The position numbers were made by a program, and so were the translations under genes. This document shows positions 27,437 through 37,336 of a stretch of DNA of 59,803 nt, in pieces (the stretch's first letter is position 1; every line of letters starts with the position of its first letter). Origin of the DNA: a virus (Duplodnaviria > Caudoviricetes); IMG/VR virus record IMGVR_UViG_3300033993_001438, positions 1 to 59,803 of that record. One strand, given 5' to 3'. Under the pieces are notes generated by a model that was given only the letters and a program-made list of their open reading frames with translations, had not been told where the DNA came from and did no database searches.

Positions 27437-29393
27437 TGGGTGCCGGCTCCTGCGGTGGTGGAGGTGGAGGCGGAATCAGGTACTTGGTGACGTCGATGTC
27501 CATGGCCCGGCCCCAGTCCTCCAGGAGCGCGTTCATCAGGCCAGGCTGGCCGGCCTGGAGCATGCCCTGGGCAATCGGCGCCATGATCTGGAGGGCCTGG
27601 TTGATCTGCTCCACCTTGGTGCCCTTGTTGGGCTTCCGGGCGGATCCGGCCTCCACGCGGAAGTCGAACTCACGCAGGACCTCGTCCGGGTTCATCGCCT
27701 GGACATGCATCTGCCAGGCCTGGGCGGCCATCGGGCCCAGGAGCGGCGCGACGTCCTCCGGGTTCACCAGCCACCGTGCCAGGAACGCTTCCTTCCTGGC
27801 CAGGGATGACAACGCGTCTTCCAGAGTGTTTGCCATGTCGTCCGGCCTTACAGAGATTTGCTCCGCCTTAGTGACGGCCTCTGCAGCACTCCTAAACTGG
27901 TTTCTGGACATGCCATAAACCAGCTCTGTCAAACCGACGCGGCGGTCGAAAAGCTCCGTCACAGCGGCAATGATGCTCCACATGTCGGACGAGACGCCCG
28001 GCAGGTTGAACACCGAGATGATGTCGTTGACGTTCCTGCCGATGGCCTCGCTGATCTCAACGATCTTGAACCCGGACTCGTCGGATTCCAGGATCTTGGC
28101 CTTGAGGTCGTTGTCCGCAGCCTTGGCCACGCCGATCATGGTGCTGGCCGAGGTGGCGATCTTGGTCGCCATGAAGCTCATCGCGTAGTTGATGAACCTC
28201 AGCTCGCCAATACCGGGCTTGATAAGCGAGATGGGGTAGGAATACCCAGGCTTCCCGTGCCACTGGAGGATGGTGCATGGCCAGCCCTCCGGCTCCGCCC
28301 AGAACGGGACGGGCCACTGCGCAGCCTGGAACAGCGATGGCGGGATGCCAGTCTCGTCCACTTCCTCCTGCAGGATCTGCGGAGGGATGTTCAGCGGGTA
28401 CTCCACGCCCTCGCAGACCACCAGGAAGCAGTAGGGCCCAAGGGCGTCGAACTTGCCCCTCAGCTCTTTGTCGCTGTCCTTGAGGCGGTCGCCAAACCCT
28501 ACCTTGCTGTAGACCTCCCAGTATGTGACGAGGTCCATCGACTTGCCGTTGCGTTGGCGAGTCTTGTAGCCCTGGTCGCCGGCCTTGCTGCGGGAATCGT
28601 AGCTCTCCGCAGAGCCCTTGAGGTCTTCTGTGGGAATGCCGAATCGGCCGGACACAAACTCCTTGGAGTGCGTGCGGCGGCGGGCGATCCACTGGATGTC
28701 CGCCTGGTCGTCGGCGTCAGGATCCCAGACGACGTTGTCGAACGTCTCAAAGAAGCTCCCGGCAACCCTGATGTCGGACCCGGGCGGCTGGTACAGCTCG
28801 GTGAACCAGCACCCGGCTCCCTTGATCAGGGCCTCGTCCACCACCTTGCGGGAGTGCGTCTTGAGGTCCAGTTCGTTGGGGGTGTAGTTCAGGTACTCTT
28901 CCAGCAGCTTGGAGATCAGCTGGCGCTTCTCCGACATGAACTGCGTCTGCTGGGTCATCTGCTGATAGAACATCATCCCCGGGTCCGGGGCCATGACGGG
29001 CTGCCCGTCAGGCCCAATCACCGGCTGGCCGTCCGGCCCCATCTGCGGCATCGGCGGCTGCGGGAAGATGCCCAGCATCTGCGGAGAGATGATGGGGTAC
29101 TGCCGCGGCGTGACGTTGCGGGTAGGGTTCCGGTGGTGAATCACGGATCCAAAGAGGCGGACGGCCTCCCAAACCCGGTTCACGGTCATCCGGAAGGCCG
29201 GCGGGGCGATCCCCTTAACAAAGCCCTTCTCGCCCCGGGTGTACTCGTTCCGGAACATCCAGGCGTTGTCGCCGTCATAGAACGACATGGCCTCTTCGGC
29301 GTCGTCCTGGAACGGCTTCTTGTGCTTGAGGGCTAGATCGATCTTGTCTAGCCACCCTCGCACAATGGGGCGGAGCGGATTTTGGTCGGCCAT
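27411..29393 (-). CDS. Portal protein
   Basis: 660 aa downstream of TerL; VVWDPDA, RSAAEA, FRVEAGS and a Pro/Gln tail as in podovirus portals. Confidence 0.85.
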   Translation of the reverse strand: MADQNPLRPIVRGWLDKIDLALKHKKPFQDDAEEAMSFYDGDNAWMFRNEYTRGEKGFVKGIAPPAFRMTVNRVWEAVRLFGSVIHHRNPTRNVTPRQYPIISPQMLGIFPQPPMPQMGPDGQPVIGPDGQPVMAPDPGMMFYQQMTQQTQFMSEKRQLISKLLEEYLNYTPNELDLKTHSRKVVDEALIKGAGCWFTELYQPPGSDIRVAGSFFETFDNVVWDPDADDQADIQWIARRRTHSKEFVSGRFGIPTEDLKGSAESYDSRSKAGDQGYKTRQRNGKSMDLVTYWEVYSKVGFGDRLKDSDKELRGKFDALGPYCFLVVCEGVEYPLNIPPQILQEEVDETGIPPSLFQAAQWPVPFWAEPEGWPCTILQWHGKPGYSYPISLIKPGIGELRFINYAMSFMATKIATSASTMIGVAKAADNDLKAKILESDESGFKIVEISEAIGRNVNDIISVFNLPGVSSDMWSIIAAVTELFDRRVGLTELVYGMSRNQFRSAAEAVTKAEQISVRPDDMANTLEDALSSLARKEAFLARWLVNPEDVAPLLGPMAAQAWQMHVQAMNPDEVLREFDFRVEAGSARKPNKGTKVEQINQALQIMAPIAQGMLQAGQPGLMNALLEDWGRAMDIDVTKYLIPPPPPPPQEPAPNAGPPGSQ

Positions 29394-29404
29394 GGGTATT
29401 CCTG

Positions 29405-29710
29405 CTACTTCTTATTGCCCCCGCTGGACTTCTCCAGGGCGGAAAGCCGCTCGGAGAGCTGGGAGATGCGGGGATCCCGCGGCCGGTGCGACCACGCCCC
29501 AAAGGCCTTCAGGTTGGGGTTTTCCAGGGCCGGATCGTCCTTGTGGTGGACGCTGGTGCGGTCCACGCCGCCGTACCCGGGGGACAGCGACCAGCATTCG
29601 ATGGTGACACGCCCCACCCGGGTGACGAACGCCATGATCGGCTCGGAGTTCTCATGCACGTAGTACAGGACCGTCTCGCCCACGCTCACTTCAGGCATCT
29701 GGTAGGACAC
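29405..29710 (-). CDS. Hypothetical protein
   Basis: Between TerL and portal; AAAGGGG RBS. Confidence 0.65.
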   Translation of the reverse strand: MSYQMPEVSVGETVLYYVHENSEPIMAFVTRVGRVTIECWSLSPGYGGVDRTSVHHKDDPALENPNLKAFGAWSHRPRDPRISQLSERLSALEKSSGGNKK

Positions 29711-29713
29711 GCA

Positions 29714-31402
29714 TCACCCCTTTCTGGTAGGACCCAAAACGACATACCCACGCCCGTCATCCCCCTGACGCTTCTTCTTCTCGGCCAGCCACTTTACGTA
29801 CCAGGGCTCGGCGCCCGGCATCGCTGGGGGGGCGTGATACTGTGGCTCGTAGGCGCAGAGGTACTCCAGGCACTGGACGGCGTGGACCTCGCCGCGAGTG
29901 TTGGGCATGTCCGTGATGAACGGACCGTTGTTGCTCTGCACAACCTTCTTCTTGTATCGCTTGATTTCCCGGAGCAGCTCAGGCGTGCCTCCCTCCAGGA
30001 ACTTCACCCGCGTGCTGCCGTCGCCCTGGATGTGCAGCATCTGCCGCACCAGGTTCGTACGGGCAATGATGTCGTCTGACCCAGGCACAAACTGGTAGCC
30101 GCTCATCTGGGCCTTGAGGTTCCGCGTGCGGAGCTGTTCGGAGTACAGGTCGCACGGGAGGCGTCCAGAGCCCAGGTCGCGCAGCGTGCCGCCGTGCATG
30201 TCCATGATGAACGCGTAGAAGTGCTGGTCCTGGGCCTTCTTGGCGAACTCCTCGCCCCAGATCAGGGCGTTGCAATTGCGGATGTACAGCTCGTCATAGA
30301 TCAGCAGGAACTTCTCGTCCGGGGGCACGGCCCCAAACACGCACGCCATGACCGTGTGGCCAGGGTCAATAGCAACATACTTGCACCAGTTGGGCGGTAT
30401 GCCGCCTGGCAGATCCTCCCGCTTGAGGACATGGACCGTGGGGTTGAACGACGGGTACATCAGGATGGAGTCCTGGGTGAACTCGCCTTCCGCCCGCATG
30501 CGAAGCTCGTCCACGCCCAGGGCAGACCACCGGCTGATGTTCTTCTCCTTCTCAGCTTGGTCGATATGGGCGTTATCCAAAAACCTGAAGACGAACTTCT
30601 TGATGATGGGGTTTTCTGTGCCAAGCTCGGCCTCGCGGTCGGCACGCTCACACAGACCCAGCAACGCGTCGTTCTTGGAGTGCGGCATTGCAGACCACAT
30701 CAGGCGGCCCTTGCGGTCTGCGAGACGAGCCTGCATTTCGCCCACCCACGCGGGATTGGAAACGTCCTCGTCCAGGTGGACCAAATCCGCCTGAAATCCC
30801 TGGGGAGGCTCACCCTCAGACGAGAAGAAGTTGATCACCCAGCCGTTGGCGAGCGTGACCTTCTGGCAGTAGCCGGCATTCTTCAGCACCCAGGAGGTGT
30901 CCACCACGTACCGCGGCGGGATCAGCGGCGGAGCCGGCTTGGCCTCGGCAATGCGATCAGCGTCCTGCACGGGGCGGAACGCACGCCAGTCGCCCGTCTC
31001 AAGGTCCTTGATGATCTTGAATGCCCCGGCCTTGAAGAGCATCGGATAGCACACCAGGCCGATGTGCGGCCAGTTCCGGCCAACGATGATCAGGATGCCA
31101 TCCCGCTCCGGGTACTTGCCGTACGGGTCCTGCCCCGTTGCAGCGCGGGCGTCCTCCACAAAGGTGCTGAGGGACTTTCCGCTGCGGTTGCCGCCAAGGA
31201 TGATCCGCTCAGAGCATCGCTCGGAGTGCATGGCGTCCTGGTGTGGCATCGGCTCGTACAGCCGCAACGCCTCAATGCGGCGGCTCTTTAGCTCGGCCTG
31301 GACTTCCTTGAGAACTCCCAGCGTGTGCTGGGTTAGCGCGGCCTTGATGTCCACCCCGTCAGGCTTGGGCGGATCAGGGATCTTGCGCGGGTGCTTCTTC
31401 AC
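29714..31402 (-). CDS. terL: Terminase large subunit
   Basis: Walker A GGNRSGKS, Walker B VHLDED, nuclease AIDPG and IYDELY; GGAGG RBS before GTG 31402. Confidence 0.95.
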   Translation of the reverse strand: MKKHPRKIPDPPKPDGVDIKAALTQHTLGVLKEVQAELKSRRIEALRLYEPMPHQDAMHSERCSERIILGGNRSGKSLSTFVEDARAATGQDPYGKYPERDGILIIVGRNWPHIGLVCYPMLFKAGAFKIIKDLETGDWRAFRPVQDADRIAEAKPAPPLIPPRYVVDTSWVLKNAGYCQKVTLANGWVINFFSSEGEPPQGFQADLVHLDEDVSNPAWVGEMQARLADRKGRLMWSAMPHSKNDALLGLCERADREAELGTENPIIKKFVFRFLDNAHIDQAEKEKNISRWSALGVDELRMRAEGEFTQDSILMYPSFNPTVHVLKREDLPGGIPPNWCKYVAIDPGHTVMACVFGAVPPDEKFLLIYDELYIRNCNALIWGEEFAKKAQDQHFYAFIMDMHGGTLRDLGSGRLPCDLYSEQLRTRNLKAQMSGYQFVPGSDDIIARTNLVRQMLHIQGDGSTRVKFLEGGTPELLREIKRYKKKVVQSNNGPFITDMPNTRGEVHAVQCLEYLCAYEPQYHAPPAMPGAEPWYVKWLAEKKKRQGDDGRGYVVLGPTRKG

Positions 31403-31901
31403 GGACCTCCGGCAAGGCTTCGACGGTGATCGTTCGCAGGGTTGCGGCCGTCTCAATCAGCCGCACCCTCAGCTCGTCCTCAAGCTCCTCCTCGCTCCAC
31501 AGCGTCAGAGGCTTCTTCGCCCCGCCCATCGCGGCGTTGTTCGTCACCAGGCGGACGATGGTTTCCAGCTGCTTTGTCCGGAACGCCCCGCCCGGCGGGC
31601 TATCGTAGTACTGCTTCATAAACAGATTGGCGAAGCCCCTGGTCCCGCCCATGTAGTCCAGCAGCGTCTCAAGCAGCTCAGCGCTGTGTGGGATATTCCC
31701 ACCACCAAGCCTCGCCGCCTTGCAGAACACATCGACCGCGTCTCGCTCAATCTGGTCAAGGCGGTCATCCTTCTTCTGCTTTCGCCTCTTGCGTTCGTAG
31801 GCCGTGCGGCAGGCCTTGCACCGCGGGTGACGCTTGCCGTCAGACGCAAGGTGGAACGCCTCGTCCGGCAGGTCCTTCTTGCACTTGACGCAGGTTCTCA
31901 C
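31374..31901 (-). CDS. Probable terminase small subunit with N-terminal Zn finger
   Basis: CxxC...CxxC; directly upstream of TerL; SEEELEDEL segment near the C-terminus. Confidence 0.6.
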   Translation of the reverse strand: MRTCVKCKKDLPDEAFHLASDGKRHPRCKACRTAYERKRRKQKKDDRLDQIERDAVDVFCKAARLGGGNIPHSAELLETLLDYMGGTRGFANLFMKQYYDSPPGGAFRTKQLETIVRLVTNNAAMGGAKKPLTLWSEEELEDELRVRLIETAATLRTITVEALPEVREEAPAQDP

Positions 31902-33310
31902 GGATTAGCCATCCACACGCTGCCTGCTGTTCGCCAGCCGGAAAACGCCTCGCGAACCGCCTTGCCCACGCCAGGGAAGACGCCGTAGTCATGTCCCGCG
32001 ATCAGGTGCTGTGCCATGGGCCGCCACATGGCGATGTCCTTCTTGACCGCCTCGTACGTATGCTCGGCGTCGATGTAGACGATGTCGAAATCCGTACCAG
32101 TGGCCAGGAAATGCACCGACGCCTCGGCGGAGCTTCCGCGGAACGGCTTGATGCTGCCGGCCTCGCGGTACCTGGCGGTGTTTCGGAGGAACGTCTGGTA
32201 CGCCGTCTCCGGATCCACTCCGGCTGTGCCGTCGTCATGCCGACTGCCCTGCCAGTGGTCTACGCAATACACCGTGGCCCCTAGGGATGCCATGAGAATT
32301 GCGGACCTGCCTGCCCATGATCCGATTTCTGCGATCACGGGATTCCGTTTGTGGGCGTCCTGGAAGTCTTTGATCATCCTCCGGATTGCGTCACAGTCCC
32401 GCTCCGGAAGCTCCATGCCAAGACCGTCAAAGGACGACTGCTTCTTGAGCGTGTCCAGCCACTCCGGTGCCTTGAGGTCGCAGAGCTTGACGCCGACTTC
32501 ATAGTTGCCGGACCAGCAGTCCTTGAGCTTGGCCGACACGCCAGCGGCATCGATGACCTGCGGCTTGCCGACACACTTGGGCTTCCAGTGACCAGCCCAC
32601 GCATCCCAGTTGCAGTACACCGGGTTGTAGCCCAGCTTCTGCGTGCCGACGAGCGACAGGTCGCGGGTCATGGTGACGTCTTCCGTGGACGCCTTCTCGG
32701 CACAGAAGTGGTCCTTCCACTCGTAGTAGAACCACGGCTTGTCGTCCGTCGTCTTGGGCTCCGTGAGCGAGAACGCCCGCATGTCATACATGATCAGCCC
32801 GGTGGGCAGTGCGGCGCACTCCTGGATGCCGGCCATCTTGACCGCCGTGTGCCGGTCATACATCTCAAGCTGGAAGTCCGGGCCAGGGTTGTGGCTCTGC
32901 ATGTTGTTCCAGCGGAACACGTACACGCACTCCACTGGCGGCGGCCCACAGTAGGGGGCGCCGATCACACATGGCCCCTTGGAGTAGTGGTCCACAAAGA
33001 AGTCGAAGCTGGTCTGGAAGAATGGCTTCGCGTCAGGTGCGCCAGCGTGAACGTCCGGGTGCATGTCGGAGTCCACCATCACCAGGCAGTCAACACCGTA
33101 CTCCCGGGCCATGACAACCGCCCTGTTGCGGGTCATGGTGATCGGCGTGTCCGCCAGGTTCCAAACGCGGATCTGGTCGATCCGTGAGTCCCTGGAGAGA
33201 TCAGCGACCAGCGGAACCATCCACTCCCGGATGTTGGGCACCTCAGACGAGATGCCGCCGTTGCCGCCGTAGGAGAAGGTCACAAAGCCGACGTTGAACT
33301 TCTGCTGCAT
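31898..33310 (-). CDS. GT-A glycosyltransferase fused to a class I SAM methyltransferase (Methyltransf_24-like)
   Basis: RNRAV, MVDSDM (DxD), PTGL, TEDV; then EIGSWAGRS, YIDAEHTYE, AGHDY. Confidence 0.8.
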   Translation of the reverse strand: MQQKFNVGFVTFSYGGNGGISSEVPNIREWMVPLVADLSRDSRIDQIRVWNLADTPITMTRNRAVVMAREYGVDCLVMVDSDMHPDVHAGAPDAKPFFQTSFDFFVDHYSKGPCVIGAPYCGPPPVECVYVFRWNNMQSHNPGPDFQLEMYDRHTAVKMAGIQECAALPTGLIMYDMRAFSLTEPKTTDDKPWFYYEWKDHFCAEKASTEDVTMTRDLSLVGTQKLGYNPVYCNWDAWAGHWKPKCVGKPQVIDAAGVSAKLKDCWSGNYEVGVKLCDLKAPEWLDTLKKQSSFDGLGMELPERDCDAIRRMIKDFQDAHKRNPVIAEIGSWAGRSAILMASLGATVYCVDHWQGSRHDDGTAGVDPETAYQTFLRNTARYREAGSIKPFRGSSAEASVHFLATGTDFDIVYIDAEHTYEAVKKDIAMWRPMAQHLIAGHDYGVFPGVGKAVREAFSGWRTAGSVWMANP

Positions 33311-33336
33311 GGAACACCTTGGGGGGAGGGTTCATT

Positions 33337-33365
33337 AGTGTACTTGCGTACATCTATAGCGTCAA
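33337..33365 (-). promoter_or_regulatory. Sigma70 promoter overlapped by a palindromic operator
   Basis: TTGACG-N17-TACACT, with TGTAC-N4-GTACA at 33339-33352. Confidence 0.7.
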
Positions 33366-33369
33366 CCGG

Positions 33370-35424
33370 CTAAAAAGCAGCCGTGGGGTTGAGCCTTCTG
33401 ACCATGTTTCGCTGCTGAGCGGTCAGCTGATCCCACTGCGTGCGATCATCATCAAGAGCAGATGCAAAATTCATAAGGTCGTTGTACTCGCGGTACTCCG
33501 GAGATTTGAAACCCCCTTCCCTGAACTTGCCAGCCTTCGCCCTCCGGAGAGCGGCTGTTCGCAGTTCCTCAAGCCGCTTTAGCTTTGCGTCAATGTCCGC
33601 CGACTGCGCCTGCTTGCGAGGGGCGTCTTCTTCCATTAACCGCTGAAGTCTCGCCGCATTTTCCGCGGCGCCTTCTGGGGTTGAGCCCCAGATTGTGTTG
33701 CCGGTGCGGCCCTTGCCGGTCCTGATTATCGGCTCCGTCCCGTTGCTTGCGTACACCTCAACAGGCTTACCGGACCAATCTAAGACTTGGTACTGACCGT
33801 TCGGCATCCTGCGAACCGTGTCGCCCACAAACAGGGACTTGTAGAACGGCAGAGAAGTCAGGTCGGTGACGGCGCTTGGATCAGCCGGCTGCTGGGGGGC
33901 AGGCGCGGCGGGCGGAGGAGGCGCTGGAGTGCCGTCCCCAAACCGCGATACGTCATAAGAAACTACGCCACTCACCGGGCTGGGTCGCCAGTTCCACTGC
34001 CCGTTACTGTAGGTAACGGCCTTGCCGGTTCCTGGGTCAACGCGGCTGGTGCCCTCGGCCGGCGGCTGATACGCCGCATTGCGATCCGCCTGATCCAACT
34101 CTCCCCGCAGCCGGGCCACCGGAGATTTTCCTGGCATCCATCCGGTCCCCGGGCGTGGGGCGATGCCGGTTCCGCCGTACTCCTCGCCGGTCTGCGGGTT
34201 GTGCCAGTCCTGAACTACCATGAGCTTGGGGCCGCCCGGGTTTGGGTCGTAGAAGTCTCCAGCAATTTCGCTTATAGATCGCGCGCGACGTTGCGGGGCC
34301 CCCTGAGACGGCGGAGCGACCGGGTTTGCTTGGCCGGGCCGGGAAGGAGGCATCATCCCCAGTTCCATCATTTTCTTTCTGGCGTTCTCCGCAGCAGGCC
34401 CGTCAGATTTCAGCGCCCAGTCGCGCACGCTAGGCGTGGACAGGTACTCCTTCCAGATGCCTTCCCCGCCGCCGGCGCTCCGGCCGGACCCGCCGCGGCG
34501 ATCTGGAGGCGCGCCGGACCCGGGCGCTGGCGCCGGGGCAAGTCCACCGTCAGGGCGCATGGGCCAGTTGCCACTGCCGACGCCCTTGGGGTTTGGCATC
34601 GGCCGAGGATACGGCGGCATGCCGGGGCCGTCTTGGTCCCTGTCGTCTACCCCGTCGCCGTCTGCATCACGCCAGTCCGCTGTCCTGTACCCGCCGCGGA
34701 GTTCTGGAGGCGTGCCGTACCCGGGCGCTGGTCCCTGCTGCCCGCCCATGCCGTACCCGTCGTTCATCGTTCCGCCGGGGTAGTAAGCCTCCGGTGGCGG
34801 GGCCATCAGGCCGGAGAAGGACGGCTGGGCAGGCGTGGCGAATGGGTTCTGCCACCCACCGGCAACCATTTCGTTCGCCTGGCCCAGGAGCGCGTTGAAG
34901 TCAAGCGGCTGGGGCGGGGGCGGAGCTGCGCCACCCATGTACATTCCGGAGTTGGCGAACATCGGCGCCCTCGCCTCGTTGATCCGTTGGATCAGGGCGT
35001 CGCGCTGAGCAAACGCTTGAGACGGGTCGGAGAACTGCTGGCCACCAACACCCACGGCAGACTGCGTGAACGGCACCTGCGGCTGCGCACCGACGGCAGG
35101 CGTCTCTCGCGGCGGCGCGGCCTTTTGCTGTCGCGGCATGGGGCCGGGACGCCCGTTGAAGTACGGCGTGCCGCCTGCGAACATGACATCCCCGCCAAAC
35201 TGCGGCGCGGAGCGCGGGGCACCCTGCTGCTGGTTGTAAGCCTGGAACGGCGTTCCCTGCGAAGGAGGCTGGATGGGCTGGGCACGGCCAGGCGAGTACG
35301 AAGACAGGTCCAGGCCCTTGGGCTGGTTGCCTTGCGGCTGCTGGTAGCCCTGCTCAAGCCCGCCAGCGTTTCCCCCAGCCTTCAGCGGGTTAACGCCCGG
35401 TCGCCCTGGCTGCTGCCGGATCAT
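33370..35424 (-). CDS. Pro/Gly/Gln-rich low-complexity late protein
   Basis: 684 aa; contains a DADGDGVDD DxDxDG motif. Confidence 0.7.
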   Translation of the reverse strand: MIRQQPGRPGVNPLKAGGNAGGLEQGYQQPQGNQPKGLDLSSYSPGRAQPIQPPSQGTPFQAYNQQQGAPRSAPQFGGDVMFAGGTPYFNGRPGPMPRQQKAAPPRETPAVGAQPQVPFTQSAVGVGGQQFSDPSQAFAQRDALIQRINEARAPMFANSGMYMGGAAPPPPQPLDFNALLGQANEMVAGGWQNPFATPAQPSFSGLMAPPPEAYYPGGTMNDGYGMGGQQGPAPGYGTPPELRGGYRTADWRDADGDGVDDRDQDGPGMPPYPRPMPNPKGVGSGNWPMRPDGGLAPAPAPGSGAPPDRRGGSGRSAGGGEGIWKEYLSTPSVRDWALKSDGPAAENARKKMMELGMMPPSRPGQANPVAPPSQGAPQRRARSISEIAGDFYDPNPGGPKLMVVQDWHNPQTGEEYGGTGIAPRPGTGWMPGKSPVARLRGELDQADRNAAYQPPAEGTSRVDPGTGKAVTYSNGQWNWRPSPVSGVVSYDVSRFGDGTPAPPPPAAPAPQQPADPSAVTDLTSLPFYKSLFVGDTVRRMPNGQYQVLDWSGKPVEVYASNGTEPIIRTGKGRTGNTIWGSTPEGAAENAARLQRLMEEDAPRKQAQSADIDAKLKRLEELRTAALRRAKAGKFREGGFKSPEYREYNDLMNFASALDDDRTQWDQLTAQQRNMVRRLNPTAAF

Positions 35425-35570
35425 CAGCGGTCCTCCTGCTGCTCAGTCACCATGGGGGATCCCTCTGTCATCACCATCCGCAGACGCTCCATGTCCATGC
35501 CGGGGACGTCCCGGCGAGCCTCAGCGATGAGCTGCCGGATGAACTCCAGGTTGGGGATGGCGGATTCCAT
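35424..35570 (-). CDS. Small hypothetical protein (MESAIPNLEFIRQL)
   Basis: 48 aa; TGATG coupling to the next gene. Confidence 0.5.
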   Translation of the reverse strand: MESAIPNLEFIRQLIAEARRDVPGMDMERLRMVMTEGSPMVTEQQEDR

Positions 35571-35589
35571 TGCGTAGTCCAGAAACAGG

Positions 35590-35624
35590 AAAAGCCTCTG
35601 ACCCAGTTGCCCAGGTCAGAGGCT
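35590..35624 (-). terminator. Intrinsic terminator after the capsid genes
   Basis: 11-bp stem AGCCTCTGACC/GGTCAGAGGCT followed by a short U-run. Confidence 0.75.
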
Positions 35625-35652
35625 CCCCCCTTAGCCCCCAAAAGGGCAAGTA

Positions 35653-36207
35653 TCAACTGCGGACGAGATTGACGATGGCGAGGACGTTCTGGGCGGTCGT
35701 ACCCGCCGAGATCGCCCGGCCGATGTAGCCGTTCTGCAGGAAGGTCGCGGCAGCCGTCTGGGCCTGGCCCGCCGTGGTGGAGTGCGTGCTGGCCGCAGCA
35801 GTGAGGGCCACCAGAGCGCTGTCAGCCGCAGCCGTAAGGCCGGGGCCCAGCTTGACCTCCGTCGGACCCTGCACCGTCAGCCAGAACACATCGTTGTTCG
35901 CCACGCCAGAGGCCGGCAGCCACTCGTCCACCACGCCGGCCGAGGCCGCGTCGGTCGCAGCGGTGTAGCCGTTGACCTCAGTGAAGCTGCCAGACTTCCA
36001 CGTGACCACTCGCTTGGGCAGCAGCCGGACGCCGGAGGTGTTCCGGACCGCGACGCACAGCTTGCGGCGATTAGACCGCACGGCGCCAGTCACGGGATTG
36101 ACGTCCGGGAACTCCTTGAGAGCGCCCACCCAGCTGCCGCCGTCGGCAAGCGTTTCGACGCCGAGAGTCTGGCCAAGACCGAACGGAGGATCATTCAGCA
36201 GAGACAT
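35653..36207 (-). CDS. Capsid decoration/cement protein
   Basis: Directly after the MCP; AGVVDE, FWLTVQGP; Ala/Thr-rich. Confidence 0.7.
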   Translation of the reverse strand: MSLLNDPPFGLGQTLGVETLADGGSWVGALKEFPDVNPVTGAVRSNRRKLCVAVRNTSGVRLLPKRVVTWKSGSFTEVNGYTAATDAASAGVVDEWLPASGVANNDVFWLTVQGPTEVKLGPGLTAAADSALVALTAAASTHSTTAGQAQTAAATFLQNGYIGRAISAGTTAQNVLAIVNLVRS

Positions 36208-36223
36208 TCTTCACTCCTTGGGA

Positions 36224-37333
36224 TCAGGCGTAGTTCTTCCACTTGATAAACGACCGCGGGCTCTTGAACTTGAGGTTGCCCAGCGTGCTTACCACGTACC
36301 TATAGCTGTTGGAAATTTCGTCGTAGAAAGGTCCCTCACTGTTGAACATCTGGCCTTCCATGTTCAACAGTTCGACGTTCCCAATCGCCAGACCGTACGC
36401 CGTGTTGGCCGGCACGCCGTACTCGGTGCCGATCTCCACGCCGTCGAACTCCACCGTGGTGAAGCCCAGCGACTTCAGGCCGTTCTCCTTGCTGACGATG
36501 AACCGCTGCTTGTCCTCGTACGCGTTGAGGAAGTCCGTGTACAGCTTCCGGTCCATGACGATCAGGTCGATGGCGTCTTCCTTGGTGTCGTTCCGCTTGG
36601 CCGTGTGGAGGCCCTCGCGGAGCGCCTTGATGCAGTTGGCCGCCCAGGTGGTGCTGCCGAAGAAGTTGCTGGTGTAGTTCACCAGGATCGGAGAGTAGAA
36701 GTCATACTCGCTCTCGGCTCGGCCGTAGGGCCAGACGCCTTCAAGCTGCGAGCCGCCGTAATAGCCCAGCTCCGTCGAAAGCCCAGCGTAGGTGTCGTTG
36801 GGGTACGCAAACGGATCATCGGCGCTGGCGGAACCACGGTCACCGCCGTTGGTCTTGTGGACCGTGTTGGTGGCGCCCATGAACGACTCAAGGCCGTGAT
36901 ATCGCAGCTCGTTGCCAGCGGAACTGCCGTCGATCCAGACCTCCTGCGCGAGGTACTGTTCGATGCTCGTCTGGAGACGCGAGGCCATCTTGCCGGCGAC
37001 GTTGATAAGCGCGCTGGTACCGCGGTTCTCCAGAAGCTCCTTGCGGTACAGGACGTCCGTCGCCTGATAGCCCCGGTACTCAAGGCTGGCGTTCTTCCAG
37101 AGGTTCTGGCGGCTGAAGGAACGCGGAGTCTCCCCGTTGTTCCCGGTCGGCTTATGCAGCCGGTACGACACCTCCCACTCAACGCCGCGCCCAGCCATGT
37201 TCATGCGAACATTGCCGCGCTGTTCGATGGCCGCGAGGACCATGTAACGCCGGAGGCTTGCCACCTCCTCCTCGCGGAGGTAGTTGACAATGGTCGTTGC
37301 AATAGAACGCGCGAAGTCAGTCGTACTGGGCAT
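36224..37333 (-). CDS. Major capsid protein
   Basis: 369 aa after the scaffold; GLES, LIVMD..LY, LGF..VEFDGVEI; followed by decoration gene and terminator. Confidence 0.88.
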   Translation of the reverse strand: MPSTTDFARSIATTIVNYLREEEVASLRRYMVLAAIEQRGNVRMNMAGRGVEWEVSYRLHKPTGNNGETPRSFSRQNLWKNASLEYRGYQATDVLYRKELLENRGTSALINVAGKMASRLQTSIEQYLAQEVWIDGSSAGNELRYHGLESFMGATNTVHKTNGGDRGSASADDPFAYPNDTYAGLSTELGYYGGSQLEGVWPYGRAESEYDFYSPILVNYTSNFFGSTTWAANCIKALREGLHTAKRNDTKEDAIDLIVMDRKLYTDFLNAYEDKQRFIVSKENGLKSLGFTTVEFDGVEIGTEYGVPANTAYGLAIGNVELLNMEGQMFNSEGPFYDEISNSYRYVVSTLGNLKFKSPRSFIKWKNYA

Positions 37334-37336
37334 GGT

